From Escherichia phage U1G, in sequence record NC_070872.1: 64,000 nt of DNA; one strand, given 5' to 3'. The notes below the pieces were generated by a model. It made no database searches. It saw only the letters and a program-made list of their open reading frames with translations, and was not told where the DNA came from. The number at the start of each line of letters is the position of its first letter. Position 1 is the first letter of the stretch. Below are positions 50,698 through 59,080 of this stretch, in pieces. A program made the position numbers and the translations under genes.

Positions 50698-51225
50698 TTA
50701 TTCCTGTTCAAAAAGTTTACGGTCAGCCTGAATCTGTTTACCCAACTCAATTAGTTGGCTGTCACGGAGTCTAACAGTTGCCCGGAGTTCTTCAACCAAA
50801 CGTCTGCCTTCTTCAAGACTGCTGTCGAGTTTGGCTGCATGGCTTGCAAGACTTCTGCACTCAAGGGTTCCGGCTTCGGCTTGACGTTTATATACCGATG
50901 CTCGTCTTTCAGACTGTTGCATCCGGCTGTCATAATCACTGCTAACGCGAGCAAGCTCGCTTGCGTAATTACTCTCAGCCGTCTGCAACCGAGAAGTGAG
51001 TAACCCGACTTCATAACTATGGTTTCTTTGGAGAGCATCGTATTTGTCCTGTAATTTTTGTATTGCCTTTTGGTCTTCAACCTTTTGGTTATCCCACTTC
51101 TTTTGAACAGTAGACTGCCCATTGGAATTACCCCAAAAGTAAATGGTGGCCCCAAGGACCACCACCAGAAGATAAGGCCAACCTTTAGAGATTAGCATCT
51201 TCATTACATGCCTCCAGTGGCACAT
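50698..51225 (-). CDS. i-spanin (Rz-like)
   Basis: N-terminal TM helix [16 protein letters not shown] followed by coiled-coil-like periplasmic domain; adjacent to the endolysin. Confidence 0.55.
   Translation of the reverse strand: MCHWRHVMKMLISKGWPYLLVVVLGATIYFWGNSNGQSTVQKKWDNQKVEDQKAIQKLQDKYDALQRNHSYEVGLLTSRLQTAESNYASELARVSSDYDSRMQQSERRASVYKRQAEAGTLECRSLASHAAKLDSSLEEGRRLVEELRATVRLRDSQLIELGKQIQADRKLFEQE
50751..51014 (-). CDS. o-spanin (Rz1-like lipoprotein) embedded in the i-spanin gene
   Basis: Alternate frame inside the i-spanin: [32 protein letters not shown] with lipobox Cys, Pro-rich mature part. Confidence 0.45.
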   Translation of the reverse strand: MKSGYSLLGCRRLRVITQASLLALAVIMTAGCNSLKDEHRYINVKPKPEPLSAEVLQAMQPNSTAVLKKADVWLKNSGQLLDSVTAN

Positions 51226-51819
51226 TGCCTATTCGGTTAGCTACCCAACCATACGTAAAGTCTGGCATGTTTAATGAGGTATAGTGGTTTAGTTGTTTAG
51301 CATCAAGCAGCTTAATCATTACCTGACATGCTGCAACTTTGCCTCGTTTTTTCTGTAATGCTTTATAAGCATTAACAGTACTTGCACCGACTTTACCATC
51401 AACCTGTATTTTAGGGTAGTCTTTGCCATCACGGGACATTTCATTAAGGGATAACTGCAACCACTTAGCCGGACGGGTTACACCAGTATTAACACCAGCA
51501 TCTACCAGCTTATGCGTTACAGCAGGAGATATATCAGCGAAGGCTACGAAGTTAGGCTTAAGTACGTAGTCATCAATGTATATCTCAGCAGCCATCTCCT
51601 TAGATAAACCTTTCATAGAACCACCCCAACCATATTCAGTAGCCAGAACCTCCTTATGAGACTTAGCTACCGATTGGGTAATACCATGATTAGTTTCCCC
51701 ACCTGGGTCACGAGGATTGTTTACATAACCCCTTCCATATAGAACACTGCCCCCAGGATAGCAGCGACAACCCCTCCCACTGCACCACCTTTTGCAGCAA
51801 GTTTCTGTTTAGCTTTCAT
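51185..51819 (-). CDS. endolysin, glycoside hydrolase family 108-like N-acetylmuramidase with Gly/Ala-rich N-terminal hydrophobic (SAR-like) segment
   Basis: Short ORF from ATG 51819 reads MKAKQKLAAKGGAVGGVVAAILGAVFYMEG; one extra base at run 51729..51732 gives GGYVNNPRDPGGETNHGIT (GH108 signature) continuing into ORF 51185..51616. Confidence 0.55.
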
Positions 51820-52052
51820 GAGAATTTTCCTTTGGACGGAACCGTATTAATCTGCCTATGATGTTTAAGGCAAACAGTGCGATTGCAATATTGGAACCAT
51901 GGGGAATATCTTCCAGGATGTGACGAGGTAATCCTGTCACCATTGGTTGGATGATATCTACAGCAGAAAATAGAATTAAACCAAACGTACTAATTTGAAC
52001 GGATGCCCACTTCCAGGACTTCTTCCAGTTAGGTACTAACTCAAACTTTCTT

Positions 52053-52382
52053 TTAGCCTGCGAACCATGCGAATATCTCCCGTCTTGCAGCAGCCAATAC
52101 ACCAATAATTGCACCTGCTCCAGCCCATACCCACTTACCGAAAATTCCAGCACCAACAACTTTATGCTTAATGGTGATGAACTCTTCAATAGTAGGCTCA
52201 TTTTTAGCTAAACTATCCTCCACATTTTTCAGTCTATTACCTATGTCATTGATTGAATCCCGCAGTTCTCCTAGAGTTTCCTCCAGTTTCTCACGGTCCT
52301 GTCTGTCTCTTGTCTGGTTCTCAAACAGAGTCTTCAATCGTTCCTCCAGTCTGACTAGAAGCAGTTCACCCGATTCATTCAT
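52053..52382 (-). CDS. putative membrane protein (holin candidate): coiled-coil N-terminus and C-terminal TM helix
   Basis: C-terminal VVGAGIFGKWVWAGAGAIIGVLAAA; first gene of the lysis cluster; the +1 frame downstream (to 51809) encodes two more TM helices but has no start codon. Confidence 0.35.
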   Translation of the reverse strand: MNESGELLLVRLEERLKTLFENQTRDRQDREKLEETLGELRDSINDIGNRLKNVEDSLAKNEPTIEEFITIKHKVVGAGIFGKWVWAGAGAIIGVLAAARREIFAWFAG

Positions 52383-52640
52383 AATATTACCGTAGTTGTA
52401 AAGTTAAGAACCCCTATGGGGTCGTATCATAAGATGACTCTTAGATAATACTTAGTATGCTGAAATACATCCAGACAAAGAGACGAGCAAAACCTGTGCT
52501 TTGTAGAAAGGGCATCATTGGATATATTCAATACCCTATGGGGGAGAGTTACCCTAACCATTTTTACAGTTAGAGCAATGGAATCAGCAAACACTAATGG
52601 GTTTGGTAGTGGGGTACTAAATTTACCCCACTACCTAAAT

Positions 52641-53174
52641 TTACTGCTTCAAGCCATATACAATAATATCTGCACCTAATGTAGTCCACGCTTCGTCACC
52701 ACGAGAACTTGCGCAGTTAACCGTAAACCCAGAAGGGGTTTGGTTAGTAACGCTAAATACAGGGGCAATACTCTGCAATGCACCAATACCCCCATTAAAG
52801 GTTACGGCTACACGATAATCCAGTAAGTTAATAGGTAGTGTTACTTCAGTACTACCAGCGGAACCAGTAGAGCGGGTGATAGATATACCCTTACGATAGA
52901 TGAATTGCCCATTACGCAAACCAGATAAAGTGGTGTTATCGGAGAGTGAGTCCACAATATCCCCAGCAACAATACCAATACCAGTTAAATCAGTATTAGT
53001 AATGATTCGTACACCACCTTCCTTGGTTCTTTCTAGTACCCTGGTTCCAGAAGCCAGACTGTATTTACCAGTTAATGTACTACGACAGGTAACGTTAGTA
53101 AGGTCAAAATAGTTATTAGAGCTGCTGGCATCATTAATAAGGTAAGAGAAGTTAACACATCGCACATTACTCAT
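52641..53174 (-). CDS. tail spike A, C-terminal part
   Basis: 177-aa ORF; frame is open upstream across the 53210 stop and joins ORF 53210..54010 after a one-base correction at 53220..53223. Confidence 0.5.
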   Translation of the reverse strand: MSNVRCVNFSYLINDASSSNNYFDLTNVTCRSTLTGKYSLASGTRVLERTKEGGVRIITNTDLTGIGIVAGDIVDSLSDNTTLSGLRNGQFIYRKGISITRSTGSAGSTEVTLPINLLDYRVAVTFNGGIGALQSIAPVFSVTNQTPSGFTVNCASSRGDEAWTTLGADIIVYGLKQ

Positions 53175-53209
53175 AGTAATTTGAGAATCTGAACCCTTAC
53201 TTGAAACAT

Positions 53210-54010
53210 CTACAAGATAGGGGTATTGGCTGTTTGGTATGGAGGGTAATTACCCGCATGATAATTAGAAATACCTAATGCAACCCTACCATCTATGTAG
53301 ATAGCAGAACCCGTTCCTGTATTTTCAGAACCACAATTATGCATACTAATGCTTCGGGTATCTGTAGTAGCGTTATCACCGGAACCACCGCCAAATACAT
53401 AACTCCAGCGGGTAGTATGGTCGCATGCACAATCAATAATTGAACTATAGCCACTAGCTAAGTAGTAACCACGATTAGCATAATCAACATAGCATTCTTT
53501 TATGTAGGTACTAGTACCGTCTTGGATATAGAACCCGGTATCCGTACAGTTACGAGCAATACACCGGGATATACGTTGAATCCATGAACCTTTATCAAAT
53601 ATACCAAACTTATAACCTTCAAAGAGGCAATCTGATACGTAACTGTTCTCCGTTATACTAAAATAGATACCGTAGTCAGCATTGACTGTAGTTGTAAAGC
53701 GAATACCTGAAATACGAGCATACTTACTCTGATTAGTATCTGTTAGTACAACAATAGCAGCATTTACGTTAACATCCACCCCGTAAGCATCTGGCTCAGT
53801 TATACCTGTCTTAGCTAAGGTAGTTAATTCAATAATTGCATTACCACCTTGTCCTTCAATTTCATAGTTATAAAAGCCTAAATTGCGATACAACAAGGGT
53901 TTAGTAATAATGTACTTCTTGGATGGAATCACCAACTTAGTTCGATTCAGTTGACAGTAATCCATTGCTGCTTGAATGGCTTCAGTATCATCAGTAACAC
54001 CATCCCCCAT
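53210..54010 (-). CDS. tail spike A, right-handed beta-helix (pectate-lyase-like) domain
   Basis: MGDGVTDDTEAIQAAMDYC motif typical of beta-helix tailspikes/depolymerases, repeated Gly/Asn-rich rungs. Confidence 0.6.
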   Translation of the reverse strand: MGDGVTDDTEAIQAAMDYCQLNRTKLVIPSKKYIITKPLLYRNLGFYNYEIEGQGGNAIIELTTLAKTGITEPDAYGVDVNVNAAIVVLTDTNQSKYARISGIRFTTTVNADYGIYFSITENSYVSDCLFEGYKFGIFDKGSWIQRISRCIARNCTDTGFYIQDGTSTYIKECYVDYANRGYYLASGYSSIIDCACDHTTRWSYVFGGGSGDNATTDTRSISMHNCGSENTGTGSAIYIDGRVALGISNYHAGNYPPYQTANTPIL

Positions 54011-54201
54011 AGCACCAAATACTTGCGGGGTAACATAGTGTATATACTTATTAAGTAGTTCCTCTTTCAGGTATGCGTCGGATATAGCAACCCAATTAGC
54101 ATCCCCAACAGGGGATGATCCAGGAGCTACAGTAACGGGTAGTGCACCCTGGTAGGTGTATCCAGTACCATTGTAAACGAGTATGTCATTCTTAGTATTT
54201 A

Positions 54202-54525
54202 CTATGGAACCGGTGGAGAACGTGCCAGGTAGGGTAGTATACTCCCCCTGCTTTTCCCAAGTTCCCCCAAATCAACAGTACCTGCTGAATGAACCAGGAT
54301 TGCTTGTTCATTCAGGCTTACAGCAGTGGTTCCTACCGGGAGTACGGGCAAAGAGTAAGCACGCTGAGTAGTCTTATCATAAATGACCTTGTATTCCCCT
54401 AAGTCTACACCTACAGCAAAGTAAACAACCTCATTCTGCTTAACTCCAAAGTGACGGGCTACTGCTTGTTTGTTGGTTAAGATTCCAGTGGAACCTTTAC
54501 CACCTTGTGAGAACATTTCGTTCAT
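54202..54525 (-). CDS. tail spike A, N-terminal part
   Basis: 107-aa ORF; one extra base at C5 run 54264..54268 joins it in frame with the beta-helix ORF (junction ...GTVDLGG TWEKQGEYTTLPG...AMGDGVTDD). Confidence 0.5.
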   Translation of the reverse strand: MNEMFSQGGKGSTGILTNKQAVARHFGVKQNEVVYFAVGVDLGEYKVIYDKTTQRAYSLPVLPVGTTAVSLNEQAILVHSAGTVDLGELGKSRGSILPYLARSPPVP

Positions 54526-54774
54526 ATAAACCTCTTTGTTTTTCTAAGTAAGCCCCTATTTGGAGGGGCTTGCAGTGGTAGTGACAACACTTTGAGTTAG
54601 TACGATAGTAACTAAAGACAAGATTAACCCTGCTACGATGTGTTTTCATCATTTTATCCCATGGCGATGACATGCACTTGCAGGACATAGTTTGTGTGAA
54701 TCGTAATGAAGTCCATGATGTCACATTTATAATTTCCCCGCCGAAGCGGGGTCTAGAAATACTGGTTTAGGATT

Positions 54775-56217
54775 TCACTTCCACCGCCCCTCCGCATGGT
54801 AGGCAGCAAACACCACAGTATCTGTTGCAGCCGCCGAGAGAGAGTGCCCTCTAACCCCGCCAATAGCCGTGTTGCTAATGCTGTCGATAGCAATCACACC
54901 ACGGCGGATATCAGTTGCCACGCCAGGAGTAACCTTGTATTGCAATGTGACAGTAGGTGGGGCAATAAACGTTGCCCCAAAAGTGATGGCTGGCCCAAGC
55001 GTTGTGTATGGGTCTGCAAATGTCCCCGCTCCAGATGCGATTCTACTGCCAAGGTTTTTGTCCCCATACGCCCGCATTGCCCCGGATGGTTCCTTAACCA
55101 CATACCCATCTCCTGCTGGGCCGCTGTATTCTGTCCCGCTAATGAGTGGCACGCCATCCGATGTATATGCCTTGGCCTTATTAGCAAATGTGCCAAAATC
55201 AATCGACGCATCAGAAACCTCGATCTCTGCACTCGGGGTGGTGAGGATACGGCTGGCGCCCTGGTTATTCAAAACCACACCAGCTGGCGCTCCCACGGAC
55301 AACTTACCATCGAGGTGAAACTCTCCGCCATTCCCAATAATCATGACCGGTCCTGGTAGCGATGAGAACTGCCTGAGGTCAAAGTCTAACTGCGCTGTTC
55401 TCTCCACCTCCAGTCTTACCTGTGATCCCAGTAGTGGTCGTGTGGAATCATAAACCGAGATGGAAATTGGCGCTGAAGCGGTAGGGGTGACGATCGGATA
55501 CGCACCATTTGAATTCTCGGTGATGAACTTCACCGTACCCTGGATCTTCACGTTGGCACTACCAATTATTAGTTGCCGCAGAGTGTTAGATCTGAAAACT
55601 GAATCCCGAAGTTTAACCCGAGCCCACCTGGCGTTTACGACCTCAAATGTACTGTGCAAGTCAGAATCAACAACGGTGATTGATGGCGTGTAGCGATCCA
55701 GCATCCCGGCAATACCGACGTTCTCGGTCAATACCAGCAATCCTGATCCCCCTATGCCGAAAGACTTGCACCCAATAACCCAGGAATCTATTCCGCGACC
55801 GCCGAATCCTGCTCCTGTTCCACCTTCAGCCTCACAGTCTAAAAATCGGATGTCGTATGCCGCATGGTGGGTGTCAAAATGGTCCGCCGTCGCACCATGC
55901 GATTTGCACCCGATAACCCGGCCACCCACTGTGTTTCCGCCAGAAAATGCCAACAGAGTATTCTCTGCGAGCGATACCCGCAGGGTGGTGTAGCTATGCC
56001 GGCATTTCCCGAACGTGCAGTTCTCTACGCGAGAGAAATAGCCGCCGTCACAAATTCCATAACCATTCTGCACCCCGGCTTCATTGTCAGAAAATTCCTG
56101 CATATTGCATTGGTTAATGTAAGCGTAGAGAGTTCCGTCCAGATAAATGCCAGAGCCGTAAGCGCGCGTCATATTCACACCCCGCACTACAGGCTTATGA
56201 TATGCCCTAATTGACAT
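54775..56217 (-). CDS. tail spike B, C-terminal module (GC-rich)
   Basis: 480-aa ORF of much higher GC than the rest of the window; upstream frame continues into ORF 56217..58373 after a one-base correction at T6 run 56278..56283. Confidence 0.55.
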   Translation of the reverse strand: MSIRAYHKPVVRGVNMTRAYGSGIYLDGTLYAYINQCNMQEFSDNEAGVQNGYGICDGGYFSRVENCTFGKCRHSYTTLRVSLAENTLLAFSGGNTVGGRVIGCKSHGATADHFDTHHAAYDIRFLDCEAEGGTGAGFGGRGIDSWVIGCKSFGIGGSGLLVLTENVGIAGMLDRYTPSITVVDSDLHSTFEVVNARWARVKLRDSVFRSNTLRQLIIGSANVKIQGTVKFITENSNGAYPIVTPTASAPISISVYDSTRPLLGSQVRLEVERTAQLDFDLRQFSSLPGPVMIIGNGGEFHLDGKLSVGAPAGVVLNNQGASRILTTPSAEIEVSDASIDFGTFANKAKAYTSDGVPLISGTEYSGPAGDGYVVKEPSGAMRAYGDKNLGSRIASGAGTFADPYTTLGPAITFGATFIAPPTVTLQYKVTPGVATDIRRGVIAIDSISNTAIGGVRGHSLSAAATDTVVFAAYHAEGRWK

Positions 56218-58373
56218 TACCGTTGGGCCATAAGTCTTCCCTTCCGGGTACTCGATGTTGCCGCCAACAAAACGGAATTTTTTGAAGTATCAACGAGCGC
56301 AACTCTGGCACCCCATGCAAGGCTGTACGGATTGACCACCGCAGTTTCTGCGTAATCCATCCCCTCAACGAACTGAAGCGGCTTATCCAATACCAGATTG
56401 GTAGTGGTGCTTCCAGCGCCGACGCGGGCATATTCCTGGATGCGGTATTTGTTGGAATTCCCAATCCTGGTGCGGTCTGCCGGATTCACTGCATTAGAAA
56501 TGATACGCACCCAATCACCGCGTTTCGGTGCGTTCGGCAGGTTGACTGCCAGATTTTTCGATCCAGCAACATAATCCGCAGTGAGCGGGTAGAGGGATGG
56601 GTTTGCATTACCTTCAGCAAAAAGCCAGGTATCGCCAGTATCAATAATATAATGCGCATTCCCGGCATCCCAATTCATATGCCCTGTAGTGGAAATCTGA
56701 GTTGTGAATTTGCGCGTAATTACATTTGGCTCATGGATTTTATTTTCCGGGCTTAAAGCCATCCAGTTCGCAGCCAACTGGGCGAACGGGGTTGTGTCAC
56801 TTGTACCATCTATCGGCGCACCCCAGTGGTCGAGGGTCGCCACGTGTGGAGGCTTAAAACCAAGAAGATCTGGAATGCTTGTCGCAGTGCTATCACGGAT
56901 GTATTCCAGTCCGCCTGCGATAACACTCATCCCATCGGCAATATTATTCCCTGGTGCGTAGCTGACTAATTCCGCCCGAGAGCCAAACCGAGCCAGTACA
57001 CCAACGCTCAACCAAGCTCCTACTCCAATACCACCAGTAGATGTAGGGGTTGATTTCTGTGAAACGGTATTCGCCAGCGCGCCATCCCAAATATAGCACT
57101 GCCCACCAGCGATATGCCAAACAGCATCAGTTGCACTGTTCACTGTGGCACCTTCTTCAAAGCTACCATCTACAAGTGTTAATCCCGCTTCCGCAAGACT
57201 ACGACGCCATAGTTCTCTGGTATTCTGCTGTTGGTAGGTATCTAGCAGAGTAACAGTAATATTCCCAGGAGAATAAGTTAATTGCCCATTTGAGACAGTG
57301 TTAATGTAAACATTGGCAGGTAGAGTAGGTAACCCATGTATACGTTGGGTAACTACATCGTAAAGTACCTTTTTACCATTAAGTACCTGAGTAGTGTCCG
57401 TGCTAAGAATTACCTCAGAATCTTTAACGTTAGTTGCACGAGCCACTACCTGAATAGTATGGTCTGCTATCTCAAGTACCTTAGCTTCCCCACCCAATTG
57501 AACAATTAAACGGTCATTCGTAGCCAAGGGTTCAGTAAGAATGATTCGATTGTTGTCTGAGTCAATCGTATAGGAGTTATTAGTTAACCCTTTATAGAAA
57601 CGTAAGCCATTCTTGTATACAGCAGGCACAGATCGGAAGGTATAAGGAATATCAATTACCTGTTCCCCACCTACAGCAGCACCCTGGTTGTACAACCAGT
57701 TAATAGTTACCCAATCAGAAACATTAGGATTATCAGGAGTTGCAGGAACACCTGTACGCATAACTACAACAAAGTCCCCTTGCTCCAAGGGAGTAGTAAA
57801 CTTAATCTCAAAGGTTAACGGGTCATACTCAAAATCGTAACCCTCAGTCTGCCAGTCACCATTAACAATCATGAATGGTACACCAGCCGTTTCATCCGGG
57901 ATACGAATGGTAGTCTCGCCACCAATGGCTGAACCAGAGTTATAAATCCACGGGATGTATCCACCATCACTAGAAGACTCACCACCACCGGATGAACCGG
58001 AAGTAGCTACTTTAATCCATGAACCCGTTGCAGTAGCATCATCTGGTAGGATGCCGGTACGGTCGCCCTCTACGTACAAGTAGTCAGTGACCTGACGGTC
58101 ACCAGCAGGGGTCTTGCCATAGATACGAGCAAAGGAAGCCTTAGTAGTTAACGCCTTAAGTTCTGCTTCTGATTGTACACCAAGTACCATTCCATACTGA
58201 TTCAGGAAGTCATAGATAAGTTTCAGGTTACCAAGGTTACAGTAAACAGTACGAACCACATGATAAGCATTACCTAGTAGTGCATCTACCATTGGGTCAT
58301 TGGAACTGTTTTGACAGTAAGGATTGGTCCAATCCTGATTTGCATCAAAGGGGGTATGTGCGTTCATCGCCAT
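56217..58373 (-). CDS. tail spike / tail fibre B, N-terminal anchor and central part
   Basis: 718-aa ORF; AT-rich N-terminal ~380 codons, GC-rich C-terminal ~340 codons. Confidence 0.6.
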   Translation of the reverse strand: MAMNAHTPFDANQDWTNPYCQNSSNDPMVDALLGNAYHVVRTVYCNLGNLKLIYDFLNQYGMVLGVQSEAELKALTTKASFARIYGKTPAGDRQVTDYLYVEGDRTGILPDDATATGSWIKVATSGSSGGGESSSDGGYIPWIYNSGSAIGGETTIRIPDETAGVPFMIVNGDWQTEGYDFEYDPLTFEIKFTTPLEQGDFVVVMRTGVPATPDNPNVSDWVTINWLYNQGAAVGGEQVIDIPYTFRSVPAVYKNGLRFYKGLTNNSYTIDSDNNRIILTEPLATNDRLIVQLGGEAKVLEIADHTIQVVARATNVKDSEVILSTDTTQVLNGKKVLYDVVTQRIHGLPTLPANVYINTVSNGQLTYSPGNITVTLLDTYQQQNTRELWRRSLAEAGLTLVDGSFEEGATVNSATDAVWHIAGGQCYIWDGALANTVSQKSTPTSTGGIGVGAWLSVGVLARFGSRAELVSYAPGNNIADGMSVIAGGLEYIRDSTATSIPDLLGFKPPHVATLDHWGAPIDGTSDTTPFAQLAANWMALSPENKIHEPNVITRKFTTQISTTGHMNWDAGNAHYIIDTGDTWLFAEGNANPSLYPLTADYVAGSKNLAVNLPNAPKRGDWVRIISNAVNPADRTRIGNSNKYRIQEYARVGAGSTTTNLVLDKPLQFVEGMDYAETAVVNPYSLAWGARVALVDTSKNSVLLAATSSTRKGRLMAQR

Positions 58374-59074
58374 CCTCGTTGTTCAAATTTAGTTTCGGTA
58401 ATTGAAATACTTCCATTAGCCAGGTCATAATCAACAACCTCACCACAGATGCTTTCATACGTTTGCAGATACTCTGCTGCTTTAGCGTTAGCTTCAGGAG
58501 TATTCAAACCAGTGTGGTAACGATAACCCACCCAGTTATGAAGTGCCGTCATTAGCGTATCAGCTAAATCAACTTCCTGTTCTTCATCACCCGTAAGAAC
58601 TGGGTGCTTAGCTTGATACGTTACGTTAAGTGCCTCGAAGTGTCGAGGTCGCATACACTGAATAGTATCAGGCCGTGGGGTGAAAATAGCACGAGGGTCT
58701 GAATCGTCGTTCAGTCTACGTCGGTTCCCTGAGTTATCAAACACATTTAAGATTTTAATAACATCATCCTGGAAAGGTTTCATGAACCCATCCATGATGT
58801 ACGGATACTGAACCTCTAGAGTAGGCTTAGTAAATCTGGAGTAAGCATATTTGGATTGAAGTGGATAATCGGTACGTCCTTCCTTCATCTCCACAATGCA
58901 GCTATTAGTCCTGAGAGGGAAACGACTATGCAGTCGAACCAATCCTTCATTAATAGCTGCCAGTATCTCAGGCTTACTATCCGGCTCAATACCTAATCTG
59001 TCATCCGTGACTGCACCAGTACCCTTCAAGGTACTTAGTGCCAAGCCACGGTATACTTCCGATAATTTTTGCAT
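58364..59074 (-). CDS. hypothetical virion/tail-associated protein
   Basis: 236-aa ORF between terminase and tail spike genes. Confidence 0.45.
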   Translation of the reverse strand: MQKLSEVYRGLALSTLKGTGAVTDDRLGIEPDSKPEILAAINEGLVRLHSRFPLRTNSCIVEMKEGRTDYPLQSKYAYSRFTKPTLEVQYPYIMDGFMKPFQDDVIKILNVFDNSGNRRRLNDDSDPRAIFTPRPDTIQCMRPRHFEALNVTYQAKHPVLTGDEEQEVDLADTLMTALHNWVGYRYHTGLNTPEANAKAAEYLQTYESICGEVVDYDLANGSISITETKFEQRGWR

Positions 59075-59080
59075 GGTTCC

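Noticed and set aside
54497-54724. 75-aa minus-strand ORF in the intergenic region between the two tail spike genes
   Set aside because: Cys/His/Trp-rich improbable composition; region is better explained by two hairpins (54551..54575 and 54735..54752).
54796-56214. Plus-strand ORFs of 77-187 aa in the GC-rich tail spike module
   Set aside because: High GC suppresses stop codons on all frames; these overlap the coherent minus-strand tail spike frame and read as Arg/Pro/Ala-rich noise.
2983-56283. Programmed ribosomal frameshifting as a general explanation for the split genes
   Set aside because: Ten breaks all in the same direction, each at a simple homopolymer, in functionally unrelated genes is far more consistent with systematic base-calling deletions; only the 12726 site has a slippery-heptamer-like context and is kept as a separate low-confidence finding.
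56207-56464. 85-aa minus-strand ORF overlapping the tail spike B junction
   Set aside because: Trp/Arg-rich translation in a frame different from the two flanking tail spike frames, which join to each other after a one-base correction.
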